Source: Planctomycetota bacterium
GTDB lineage: Bacteria > Planctomycetota > UBA1135 > UBA2386
Assembly: GCA_965228735.1 (NCBI GenBank)
Contig: OZ245838.1
Coordinates: 2,304,001 to 2,368,000 of the forward strand
Length of the DNA stretch: 64,000 nucleotides
Reading direction: 5' to 3'
The position numbers and the translations under genes are program-made. Numbering within the stretch: the stretch's first letter is position 1; each line of letters starts with the position of its first letter. Below are positions 21,950-30,910 of this stretch, piece by piece. The notes under the pieces were generated by a model. That model was not told where the DNA came from and ran no database searches. It saw only the letters and a list, made by a program, of their open reading frames with translations.

Positions 21950-22978
21950 ATGCCGACCCGGATTTCGACCGTCGTGCTGCGGTACGTGTTCGCCACCGCG
22001 CTCGCTGCCACGTTCGCGACGACGAGCGTGGCGCAAACGCCCGACGCCCCGCCGCGCCGCCTCGGCGTGTTCTTCTGGCACGACTCCCCCAACGACCGCG
22101 CGACGTTCGAGGGCATCCAGCTCGGGCTGCGCCAGGCGGGCATCCCCGTCGACTGGCTCGAGCGCGAAGCCGACTCCGACGAAGCGCGCGCCGAGGCGAT
22201 GTTGCGCGAGCTGGCCGACTCGGACCGCGAACTCGTGTTCGTCATGGGCACCACCGCGGCGCTGCTCGCGAAGCAGGTGATCCAGGACAAGCCCGTCGTG
22301 TTCGCCGCCGTGAGCGACCCGGTCGCGTCGGGCGTCGTGCCGTCGTGGCTCGGCTCCGACCAGGACAACCTGTGCGGCGCGACCAACTGGATCTCGCCGC
22401 AGAACGTGCTCGACGTGTTCGACCTCGCGGTGCCGCGGCTGCGGAAGCTCGGGATGCTGCGCTCGGAGAGCGGCACCGTCGTGAGCCGCGCCGAGCTCGC
22501 GCGGATGCGCACGTGGCTCAGCGCCCACCCGAAGACCGAGATCGAGCTCGTCGAGTCGATGACCCCGGACACCGCCGGCATCGGCGCCGCGGTCCGCCGG
22601 CTCATCGCGGCCGAGGTCGACGCGATCTGGATCCCGATCGACCTCACGATCTACAGCAACCTGCGGGCGGTGCAGCGCGCGCTCGGCGAACGCAAGATCC
22701 CGCTGCTCACGACGGCCGCGGCCGGGGTGCGGAGCGGCGCCGTCGTCGGCACGATCGCGGACTACCCGCTGCACGGTCGGCGCGCGGCGAACGTCGCCGC
22801 GCAGGTGCTGCTGCACGGCAAGCGCCCGCGCGACCTGCCGATCGACCGCATGGCCGGCAACCTCGTCGTCGTCAACCTCGGCGTCGCGCGCGAGCTCGGC
22901 CTCGAGCTGCCGCTCTCGCTCCTCGTGCTCGCCGACCGGCTCGTCGACGATCGCCCCGCTGCCGGAGCCCCCAAGTGA
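21950..22978 (+). CDS. Periplasmic solute-binding protein (ABC_sub_bind/TrpX-like), probably a co-sensor of the downstream kinase
   Basis: ATG 21950 with signal peptide. Motifs KPVVFAAVSDPVASGVV and VVNLGVARELGLELP are typical of the ABC_sub_bind family. Stop overlaps the kinase GTG. Confidence 0.82.
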   Translation: MPTRISTVVLRYVFATALAATFATTSVAQTPDAPPRRLGVFFWHDSPNDRATFEGIQLGLRQAGIPVDWLEREADSDEARAEAMLRELADSDRELVFVMGTTAALLAKQVIQDKPVVFAAVSDPVASGVVPSWLGSDQDNLCGATNWISPQNVLDVFDLAVPRLRKLGMLRSESGTVVSRAELARMRTWLSAHPKTEIELVESMTPDTAGIGAAVRRLIAAEVDAIWIPIDLTIYSNLRAVQRALGERKIPLLTTAAAGVRSGAVVGTIADYPLHGRRAANVAAQVLLHGKRPRDLPIDRMAGNLVVVNLGVARELGLELPLSLLVLADRLVDDRPAAGAPK

Positions 22979-24456
22979 CGAGCGACTCGCCCCGCACCGA
23001 CGCCCGGCTGCGCCTGTCGCACTGGCTGGCCGCAGCGCTCCTGCTGTTCGCCGCCGCGTTCGCGGCCGTGCTCATCGTCTGGATCGGCCCGCGCACCGAG
23101 GCCGCGATGCGCGAGCACGGCACGCAGCTCATGGAGCAGAGCTCGGCCGCAGCACGGTCGATCGCGGCCGCGCAGACCCAGACGACGGGTGCCTTGCTCG
23201 ATGACCTCATCGAGCACGGTGCGCGCGTTCGCCAGCGCACGCTCAGCGATCTGCCGCTCGAGCTGTTCGGCGGCGACGTCGAAGCGATCCGCCGAGCGAT
23301 CGGCGCCGAGGACGCGCGCCGCAGCGCGCAGCAGCAGCAGAACGTCGCGGTCCTCGCCCGCGAGATGCAGGACCGCGCCGAACGCCGTATCCAGCAGAAG
23401 TTCGACGAGCTCGTCGCGGTGCAGAACGTGCTGCTCCGCAACGTCGCGAGCGACCTGCGCATCACCCACCTGGCGCTCACGGGCAGCGCGCTCGCGCTGT
23501 TGCTCGTCGTGCTCGGCATCGGCCTGTCGCGCCTCGTCGTGCTGCCGACCCGCGCGCTGCGCGCCGCGACCCGCCGCGTCGCGGACGGCCAGCTCGACAC
23601 CGACGTGCCCCGACCGGCCGGCACCGAGCTCGGCGATCTCACCCGCGACTTCGGACGCATGGTCGACGAGCTGCGCCAATCGCGCCAGCAGCTGCAGCAT
23701 CAGAGCGAGAACCTCGAGCACGAGGTCGCGCGCAAGACGGCCGAGCTGCGGCAGTCGCACAAGAAGCTCGCGGAGACCGAACGGCTCGCGGCGCTCGGCA
23801 CGCTCGCGGGCGGCATCGCGCACGAGTTCCACAACGTGATCGGCGGCATCCGCGGCTGCACGCAGGAACTCAGCAAGGACGAACGTGACGCCGATCGCCA
23901 GGAGACGATGCAGGTCATCCTGCGCGCCGCGGATCGCGCGAGCGGCATCGTGCAGCAGCTCACGCGGTTCGCGCGCCGGACGGTCGAGCAACGCGCCGAG
24001 GTCGAGCCGCTGCAGGTGGTCGAGGACGCGCTGCGACTGTGCGAGCCGGCGGCGCGCCGGCAGAACGTGACCGTCGAGCGCGAACTCGCGGCGATCGAAC
24101 CGTTCGTCGGCGACGCGGACGGCCTGCACCAGATCGTCGTCAACCTGCTGCTCAACGCGGTCCAGGCGATGCCCGACGGCGGCACGCTGCACGTCACGCT
24201 CCGAGACACCGGCGACATGGTCACGATCCGCGTCGCCGACACCGGCGTCGGCATCGCGGAGGCCGACCTCGCGCACGTTTTCGAACCGTTCTTCACGACG
24301 CGCAAGGACCCCGACCAGGCCGGCACGGGTCTCGGCCTGTCGGTGTCGTACGGCCTCGCCACGGCGCACGGCGGCCGCATCACCGTCGAGTCCACGCTCG
24401 GCGAAGGCGCGATTTTCACGGTCGAATTGCCGCGGGTCGCGCCCACCGGCGACTGA
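22975..24456 (+). CDS. Sensor histidine kinase (2 TM, HAMP, HisKA, HATPase; NtrB-like)
   Basis: H-box GIAHEFHN, N-box NLLLNAVQAM, DTGVGI, FEPFFTT and GTGLGL. GTG start at 22975. Confidence 0.92.
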   Translation: MTSDSPRTDARLRLSHWLAAALLLFAAAFAAVLIVWIGPRTEAAMREHGTQLMEQSSAAARSIAAAQTQTTGALLDDLIEHGARVRQRTLSDLPLELFGGDVEAIRRAIGAEDARRSAQQQQNVAVLAREMQDRAERRIQQKFDELVAVQNVLLRNVASDLRITHLALTGSALALLLVVLGIGLSRLVVLPTRALRAATRRVADGQLDTDVPRPAGTELGDLTRDFGRMVDELRQSRQQLQHQSENLEHEVARKTAELRQSHKKLAETERLAALGTLAGGIAHEFHNVIGGIRGCTQELSKDERDADRQETMQVILRAADRASGIVQQLTRFARRTVEQRAEVEPLQVVEDALRLCEPAARRQNVTVERELAAIEPFVGDADGLHQIVVNLLLNAVQAMPDGGTLHVTLRDTGDMVTIRVADTGVGIAEADLAHVFEPFFTTRKDPDQAGTGLGLSVSYGLATAHGGRITVESTLGEGAIFTVELPRVAPTGD

Positions 24457-24581
24457 TCGACCCGCCCAGTGTTACGCCCGCGGACACCGGTGTCACAGAT
24501 CGATGACACTCGGGCGAACCGCGCCAAAGCGCCGCGAACACACCGCTTGCCAAAGCCGCTCGGGCCGGTCAGCATCGCTGC

Positions 24582-26051
24582 GTGCCAGCTGACGACCCAG
24601 CCGACGACCCAGCCGCCGCGAGCCCGCCCAGGGGCAGCGGAGCCGAGCGGCCGCCGGTGCGCCTGCTGCTCGCCGACGACGAGGAGAGCATGCGGCACTT
24701 CCTCAAGGCCGGGCTCGAGCGGCTCGGCTACGCGGTCGACGTCGTCGGTGACGGCGAGGAGGCGGCCTCGCGCTGGCTGCAGCAGCCCTACGACGTCGGC
24801 GTGTTCGACCTCAAGATGCCGAAGGTCGACGGCGTCGCGGCGCTTTCCAGGATCAAGAGCAGCGATGTGGACGCGGTGATCGTGCTCATGACGGCGCACG
24901 GCACGATCGCGACGGCCGTCGAGGCGATGCAGCTCGGCGCGGCGGACTACGTGACCAAGCCGTTCGAGCTCGACGAGCTGCAGATGCGGCTCGAGCGCGC
25001 GCTCTCCCAGCGCGCGACGGTGCGCGAGAACCAGACGCTGCGGCAGATGCTCGGCGACGTCGAGGGCGGCCTCGGGCTCGTGGCGCAGAGCCCCGCGATG
25101 GCCCACATCGCACAGCAGGTCGAGCTCATGGCGGAATCGACCGCCACGGTGCTCATCGGCGGCGAATCGGGCACGGGCAAGGGCCTCGTGGCCAAGGCCA
25201 TCCACCGCGCGTCGGCCCGCCGGGACGGGCCGTTCATCGCGCTCAACTGCGCCGCGGTGCCCGACAACCTCGTCGAGAGCGAGCTGTTCGGGCACGAACC
25301 CGGCGCGTTCACGGGCGCGGTGAAGAGCAAGGCCGGCCTGCTGCAGCGGGCCGACGGCGGCACGGTCTTCCTCGACGAGATCGGCGACATGAGCCTCGCG
25401 GCGCAGGCCAAGATCGAGGGCTTCCTGCAGGACCGGCGCGTGCTGCGGCTCGGCGGCGAGGCCGCGGTCGAGGTCGACGTCCGCGTGCTCGCGGCCAGCA
25501 ACCGCGACCTGCACGCGCTGGCCGAGGACGGCGCGTTCCGGCCCGAGCTGCTGTGGCGGCTCGACGTGCTCAACCTCACGGTGCCGCCGTTGCGCGACCG
25601 GCGCGAGGACATCGCGGTGCTGATCGCGCGCACGCTCGAACGGCTCGCGAGCGCCGATCGGGCCCGCCGCACGATCACGCCGGAGGCGATCGGCGCGCTC
25701 ACGGCCCACGACTGGCCCGGCAACGTGCGCGAGCTCGAGAACACGATCGAACGCATGGTCGCGCTTTCGGGCGAGCGTACGAGCCTCGGTCTGGCCGACC
25801 TGCCGGCCGAACTGGGACAGGAGGGCGACGAGGCGTCACGCCAGGGTAACGACAACTACGAGGCCGCGCGGCGCCGCTTCGACCGGATCTACTTCAAGAA
25901 CCTGCTCGTCGAGTGCGGCGGCAGCATCACGGCGGCCGCGCAGCGCGCCGGGATCTCGCGCGGACACCTGCACCGGCGCCTGAAAGAGCTCGGCACCGAC
26001 ATCGACGCGGCCCGCGCGGCGGCCAAGAGCGACGAGAAGCGACCCGGCTGA
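24582..26051 (+). CDS. Sigma-54-dependent response regulator (NtrC/AtoC family); true start may be slightly downstream
   Basis: Receiver domain (LADDE, FDLKMP, TKPF), AAA+ domain (GESGTGK, ESELFGHEPGAFTGA, FLDEIG, WPGNVRELEN) and Fis-type HTH. Confidence 0.94.
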   Translation: MPADDPADDPAAASPPRGSGAERPPVRLLLADDEESMRHFLKAGLERLGYAVDVVGDGEEAASRWLQQPYDVGVFDLKMPKVDGVAALSRIKSSDVDAVIVLMTAHGTIATAVEAMQLGAADYVTKPFELDELQMRLERALSQRATVRENQTLRQMLGDVEGGLGLVAQSPAMAHIAQQVELMAESTATVLIGGESGTGKGLVAKAIHRASARRDGPFIALNCAAVPDNLVESELFGHEPGAFTGAVKSKAGLLQRADGGTVFLDEIGDMSLAAQAKIEGFLQDRRVLRLGGEAAVEVDVRVLAASNRDLHALAEDGAFRPELLWRLDVLNLTVPPLRDRREDIAVLIARTLERLASADRARRTITPEAIGALTAHDWPGNVRELENTIERMVALSGERTSLGLADLPAELGQEGDEASRQGNDNYEAARRRFDRIYFKNLLVECGGSITAAAQRAGISRGHLHRRLKELGTDIDAARAAAKSDEKRPG

Positions 26052-26060
26052 GCCCGCCGT

Positions 26061-26076
26061 TGGCACACCTGTTGCA
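26061..26076 (+). promoter_or_regulatory. Sigma-54 (-24/-12) promoter
   Basis: TGGCAC-ACCTG-TTGCA matches the TGGCAC-N5-TTGCW consensus exactly. It lies directly downstream of a sigma-54 activator gene and upstream of an operon. Confidence 0.85.
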
Positions 26077-26088
26077 CTACGGCGAGCG

Positions 26089-27105
26089 ATGACCCCCTCC
26101 TCGCACTGCACCGCAAAGCTTCGCGCTCGCTCGCTGCCGGCCGGCCTCGCCACCATCGCGACCTTGATCGTCGCGGTCCCCGGCTGCGTCGAGCTGTCTA
26201 CGCGCACGTCGTCGGACACGCCAGTCACCATCGCCGAGCCGCGGGTCGAGCAGCCGGCCGTGACCGCGGATCGGCCGGCCGAACTGCCGGGCCTGCACAA
26301 CGTCGTGACCTACAGCCCGGGCATGTTCAGCGGCGGCGCGCCGGTCGGCCGCGCCGGCCTCGAAACGCTCCGGACCCTCGGCGTGAAGACGGTCGTGTCC
26401 GTCGACGGCGCGACGCCCGACGTCGCGACGGCGGAGGAGCTCGGGCTGCGCTACATCCACCTGCCGATCTCGTACGACCGCGTGCCGGCCGAGCGCCGCC
26501 TCGAGCTCGCGCAGGTCGTCGCAAACGCCGAAGCGCCGATCTACATGCACTGCCACCACGGCAAGCACCGCAGCGCGTCGGCGCTCGCGACCGCGCTCGT
26601 GACGGCGGGCGTGCTGTCACAGCAGGAGGCCGGCGAACGGATGCAGACGTCGGGCACGTCGGCCGGCTACCGCGGACTCTGGGGATCGCTCTCGGAGTGC
26701 ACCGCGGTGAGCCGGAGCGAGCTCGCGGCCGACATCACGGACACGAGCCGTTTCCCCGCCGTCGCGAACGTGACGGGTCTCGTCGCGACGATGGCCGAGC
26801 TCGACGTGCTGTTCGACGACATCGAGTACAGCAAGGACGAGAACTGGAACACGCCGGCGGACCACCCGGACTTCGTGCCGGCCAACGCGACGCAGCGCGT
26901 GCACGAGCTGTTCGCGGCGCTGCTCGAGGACCCCGAGAGTCAGGCGCTGCCGGCGAGCTACCAGACGCAGCTGCGCGCCGCGATCGATCAGAGCAAGCAG
27001 CTCGACGCCGCGGTGCGGAGAAAGGACCTGCCGCGCGCGAACGAGCTGTACGAGCAGATGGCGCAGGGTTGCAAGGCCTGTCACAAGACCTACCGCAACC
27101 AGTAG
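26089..27105 (+). CDS. Exported protein-tyrosine-phosphatase-fold (CX5R) domain fused to a C-terminal cytochrome c'-like domain
   Basis: Probable lipobox VPGC. PTP/DSP-fold motifs LGVKTVVSV, GLRYIHLPI and MHCHHGKHRS. Helical C-terminus ending CKACHKTYRN. Confidence 0.8.
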   Translation: MTPSSHCTAKLRARSLPAGLATIATLIVAVPGCVELSTRTSSDTPVTIAEPRVEQPAVTADRPAELPGLHNVVTYSPGMFSGGAPVGRAGLETLRTLGVKTVVSVDGATPDVATAEELGLRYIHLPISYDRVPAERRLELAQVVANAEAPIYMHCHHGKHRSASALATALVTAGVLSQQEAGERMQTSGTSAGYRGLWGSLSECTAVSRSELAADITDTSRFPAVANVTGLVATMAELDVLFDDIEYSKDENWNTPADHPDFVPANATQRVHELFAALLEDPESQALPASYQTQLRAAIDQSKQLDAAVRRKDLPRANELYEQMAQGCKACHKTYRNQ

Positions 27106-27157
27106 CCTCGGCGCTTCGGCCCTGACGTCCAACCCATCCCGAAGTCGCCCGATCCCC

Positions 27158-28189
27158 ATGAAGCACCTGCCTCTCACCATCACCATCACGGCGGCGTTCC
27201 TGCTGCCCTCGTGCAGCACTGAAGCCACGACGGGCGCCGGCCCGACGATCCGCGTCGCGCTCGACCAGCAGTTCTCGCAGCCGCTGCTCAACGGTTTCGC
27301 CGACGAGCTCGGCATCGCGATCCACCAGATGCACGACACCGAGGGCGCCAAGACCGTCGGTCACACGAGCGCGATCAAGACCGAGGCGTCGGCGCCGCGC
27401 TGCTCGATCTTCTGGAACAACGAGCTCGCGAACACGATCCACCTCGCCCACCTCGGCCTCGTCGAGCCCTACGTCTCGCCCGCGGCGAAGGACATCCCCG
27501 CGCGCTGGAAGGACGCGGGCGGCATGTGGACGGGTTTTGGCGCCCGCGCCCGCATCCTGATCGTCAACACCGACCTCGTGCCCGACAAGTCCGAGTGGCC
27601 GTCGAGCTACCAGGACCTCGTCGATCCGAAGTGGAAGGGCCGTTGCGCGATCGCCAAGCCGCTCACGGGCACGACGCTGACGCACTTCGCCGCCCTGCGC
27701 AAGGAGCTCGGCACTGAGCAGCTCGACGAGCTGTTCGATCAGATGGAACAGAACGACGTCAAGTTCCTCGCGAGCAACGGCGCGACGATGAACCAGGTGC
27801 GCGAAGGCAAGCTCGCGTGGGCGTTCACCGACACGGACGACTACAACGTCTGCAAGTCCAAGGGCTTCCCCGTCGCGTGCGTCTACCCCGACCAGGGCGA
27901 AGGGCAGATCGGCACGATGCTGATCCCCAACTCGGTGTGCCTCGTCAAGGGCGGCCCGGATCTCGAAGCGGCGAAGAAGCTCGTCGACAAGATCCTCGCG
28001 CGCTCGACGGAAGAGGCGCTCGCCGCGTCGCGCAGCGCGCAGATCCCGGTGCGCGAGGGCATCCAGGGCCCGAGCAACGCCGAGGTGCTGACGATCGGCA
28101 AGTTCCGCGAGATGGACTGGGACCCGCAGTGGGTCGGCGAGAACCTCGCGGAGTGCACGGCGGCGTTCGCCAAGCGGTTCCAGCTGTAG
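27158..28189 (+). CDS. Fbp/Afu-like ABC transporter substrate-binding lipoprotein
   Basis: Lipobox LPSC. Motifs WTGFGARARILIVNT, DLVDPKWKG, YPDQ...GTMLIPNSV and QIPVR. Confidence 0.85.
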   Translation: MKHLPLTITITAAFLLPSCSTEATTGAGPTIRVALDQQFSQPLLNGFADELGIAIHQMHDTEGAKTVGHTSAIKTEASAPRCSIFWNNELANTIHLAHLGLVEPYVSPAAKDIPARWKDAGGMWTGFGARARILIVNTDLVPDKSEWPSSYQDLVDPKWKGRCAIAKPLTGTTLTHFAALRKELGTEQLDELFDQMEQNDVKFLASNGATMNQVREGKLAWAFTDTDDYNVCKSKGFPVACVYPDQGEGQIGTMLIPNSVCLVKGGPDLEAAKKLVDKILARSTEEALAASRSAQIPVREGIQGPSNAEVLTIGKFREMDWDPQWVGENLAECTAAFAKRFQL

Positions 28190-28220
28190 GTCCGCCACAG
28201 GACCCAGCCGAAGGCCCGCC

Positions 28221-29828
28221 GTGAACCGCACCGCGACGAACATCCTGGCCCGCGCGCCGCTCTGGCTCGCGCTGCTGTTCGTCGCGCTCTTCGTGCTGCT
28301 GCCGCTCGCCGAACTGTTCGTCGGCACGTTCTGGTCGACGGACGGCCTCACGCTGTCGGCGTGGGCGGCGCTCGGCGACGACGAGAACCTGTGGAAGCAG
28401 CTCGTCGCGTCGCTCCGGCTCGGCGTCGCCGCGACCGCGATCTCGCTGCTCCTAGGCGGCGGGCACGCGCTCCTGACGATCGGCCGTGACCTGCCCGGCG
28501 CCCGGGTGCTCGGGCCGCTCGGCATCGCGCCCCTCGTGGTGCCGCCGATCTTCGTCGCGATGGGCTTCGCCGACCTCGGCGCGACCGACGGCTTCTGGCC
28601 GTGCGCTTGGCTGCTCGGCGTCTGCCACGCGCCGTTCGTCGCGGTGCTCGCGGCGCGCGGGCTGCGCGCGGCCGACGGTCGCGCCTATGAGTCGGCGCTG
28701 CTGCTGCGCGGTCGCGCGCGCGCCGAACTGCAGCTGCTGCGCACGATCGCGCCCGAGCTCGTCGCCGGCTGCCTGCTCGCGTTCCTGTTCACGCTCGCCG
28801 ATCACGGCGTGCCGGAGTTCCTGACCGTCAAGGGCAAGACCTGGCACACGTATGCCGAGGGGCTGTTCAGCCGCTGGACGCGGCGCGCGGTCGGCACGAG
28901 CTTCGCGGACCTGCAGAGCCCGATCGTCGCGGCGATCCCGTTCGTGATCGGTCTCGCTGGCTGCCTGTGGCTCGCGCTGCGGCTGCGCGCGCACGCGCCA
29001 GACCGCGGGACGGTGACGCCGCTGCCCCTGCGCCCGCTCGGCCGCTGGCGCTGGCCCGCGCTGCTCGTGCCGGTGACGTATCTCGCGGCCGGCATCGGGG
29101 TGCCCGTGCTCGTGCTCACGCGCTGGGCCATGGGCTCCGCGCAGCGCAACGAGCCGATGTCGCTCGCGTTCATGCAGCAGAGCTTCGGCAAGGCGATGGA
29201 CCAGGGTCTGCCGGAGCTGCTGAACTCGCTGTGGCTCGCCGGCATGGTCACGCTCGTCGTCGTGCTCTGCGCGATCCCGCTGGCGCGCACCGTCGCGCGC
29301 AAGCGCCCCGGCCTCGAGCTCGTCATCGCGATCCCGGTCGCGCTGCCGGCCGTGCTGCTCGGCATCGCGCTCGTCGATTCGTGGCACGACAGCGGCGTGA
29401 TGCGCCGGATGGGCGACTTCTACTCCGGCTGGGGCTTCGCCGTCTGCGGCTACGCGGCGCGCTTCCTGCCGTTCGCGGCGCTGCCGCTCGCCGGTCTCGT
29501 GCGACGCCAGGCCCTCGCGACCGAGGAGGCCGCGGCGCTCGCCCCGCGCTCTCTGATCGCGCGGGCGTTCTACATCCACCTGCCGCCGCTGCTGCCGGGC
29601 ATCTGGACGGCCGCGGTGCTCACGTTCGTGCTCGCGCTGCGGGAGCTCGACCTCGCCGTCGTTCTGCCGGCCGCGAACGCAACCGCGGTGCGCCGGCTCG
29701 CCAACGCGGTGCACTTCCAGCACGAGGATTGGAGCGGTGTCATCGCGCTGCTGCTGCTGTCGCTGGCCGTGCTCCTCCCCCTCCTTCCCTCCCTCCTCGC
29801 CGGCCGTAGGCTGTCTTCCCTGTCGTGA
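28221..29828 (+). CDS. FbpB-like ABC transporter permease (duplicated TM domain)
   Basis: Many TM helices, two EAA-like loops (YESALL, TEEAAAL) and FVLALRELD. Confidence 0.82.
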   Translation: MNRTATNILARAPLWLALLFVALFVLLPLAELFVGTFWSTDGLTLSAWAALGDDENLWKQLVASLRLGVAATAISLLLGGGHALLTIGRDLPGARVLGPLGIAPLVVPPIFVAMGFADLGATDGFWPCAWLLGVCHAPFVAVLAARGLRAADGRAYESALLLRGRARAELQLLRTIAPELVAGCLLAFLFTLADHGVPEFLTVKGKTWHTYAEGLFSRWTRRAVGTSFADLQSPIVAAIPFVIGLAGCLWLALRLRAHAPDRGTVTPLPLRPLGRWRWPALLVPVTYLAAGIGVPVLVLTRWAMGSAQRNEPMSLAFMQQSFGKAMDQGLPELLNSLWLAGMVTLVVVLCAIPLARTVARKRPGLELVIAIPVALPAVLLGIALVDSWHDSGVMRRMGDFYSGWGFAVCGYAARFLPFAALPLAGLVRRQALATEEAAALAPRSLIARAFYIHLPPLLPGIWTAAVLTFVLALRELDLAVVLPAANATAVRRLANAVHFQHEDWSGVIALLLLSLAVLLPLLPSLLAGRRLSSLS

Positions 29829-30910
29829 CCGTTTCCGTCGCTGTTTCCGATCTCGTGTGCCGCCGCGGCGGCGGGCGCGACGCGTTCACCCTCGGCCCCG
29901 TGTCGTTCACGGCCGCGGCCGGGCAACGCGTCGCGATCGTCGGCCCGTCGGGCTCCGGCAAGACGACGCTGCTGCGTTGCCTCGCCGGCCTCGAACGCGC
30001 GACGAGCGGCACGATCGAGCTCGACGGCAAAGTCGTCGCGGACGGCGGTCGGGTGCACGCGGCCCCGGACGCGCGCGGCCTCGGCCTCGTGTTCCAGGAA
30101 GGCGCGCTCTGGCCGCACCTGAACGCGCTGCAGCACCTGCGCTTCGCCGCCCCGGGGATCACGGACGACCGCTGCCAGGCGTTGCTCGAACGCGCGGACA
30201 TCGCGCACCTCGCAGCTCGCAAGCCGGCGCAGATGTCGGGCGGCGAAGCCCAACGCCTCGGCCTGCTGCGCGCGATCGCGCCCGAGCCGGGGCTGCTCTT
30301 GCTCGACGAACCGCTGCGCAGCGTCGACGTGCACCTGCGCGACGGCCTCGTGCTGCTCGTGCGCGAGCTCGCGGACGAACTCGGGCTGACGACGATCCTC
30401 GTGACCCACGATCGCGACGAGGCGCTCGCGCTCGCGACCGATCTCGTCGTGATGCACGAGGGGCACGTCGTCGAACGCGGCAGCGCCGGCGAGCTGCTGC
30501 GGGCGCCGCGCTGCGCGTTCACGGCGGCGTTCCTCGCGGGCGCGGCCTGCCTGCCGACCACCGCCGGCACGGCGGATTCGGTCGAAACGACGTTCGGCAC
30601 GTTCGCGCGCCCGGGCGGCGCGGGTGCCGGCGGCGATGCGGGAGCCGAGCTGCGGCTCGTCCTCATGCCCGGCGACCTCGCGGCGACCGCCGCCAACGGT
30701 CAACCGACTTCCTGTCCGCGCGGCAACGTGCTGCAGAGTCAGCCGAGCGCGGACGGCTTTTCCAATCGCATTGCTCTCGGCGATCACATCGTGTTCGCGC
30801 GCAGCGACGAGCTGCTCGCGGCAGGATCATCCGCAGAACTGCAACTCAGGAGCACGCCACGGCTCCTGCCCTGGCAGACTGCCGACACTCAGACGGAGGC
30901 AGACTCGTGA
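29825..30910 (+). CDS. FbpC/PotA-like ABC transporter ATP-binding protein
   Basis: Walker A GPSGSGKTT, VFQEGALWPHL, signature MSGGE, Walker B LLLLDEP and VTHDRDEA. GTGA overlaps at both ends. Confidence 0.9.
   Translation: MTVSVAVSDLVCRRGGGRDAFTLGPVSFTAAAGQRVAIVGPSGSGKTTLLRCLAGLERATSGTIELDGKVVADGGRVHAAPDARGLGLVFQEGALWPHLNALQHLRFAAPGITDDRCQALLERADIAHLAARKPAQMSGGEAQRLGLLRAIAPEPGLLLLDEPLRSVDVHLRDGLVLLVRELADELGLTTILVTHDRDEALALATDLVVMHEGHVVERGSAGELLRAPRCAFTAAFLAGAACLPTTAGTADSVETTFGTFARPGGAGAGGDAGAELRLVLMPGDLAATAANGQPTSCPRGNVLQSQPSADGFSNRIALGDHIVFARSDELLAAGSSAELQLRSTPRLLPWQTADTQTEADS

Noticed and set aside
24591..24614. 12-bp tandem repeat GACGACCCAGCC x2 at the start of the response regulator
   Set aside because: A two-copy in-frame duplication in a low-complexity N-terminal extension, with no sign of function.
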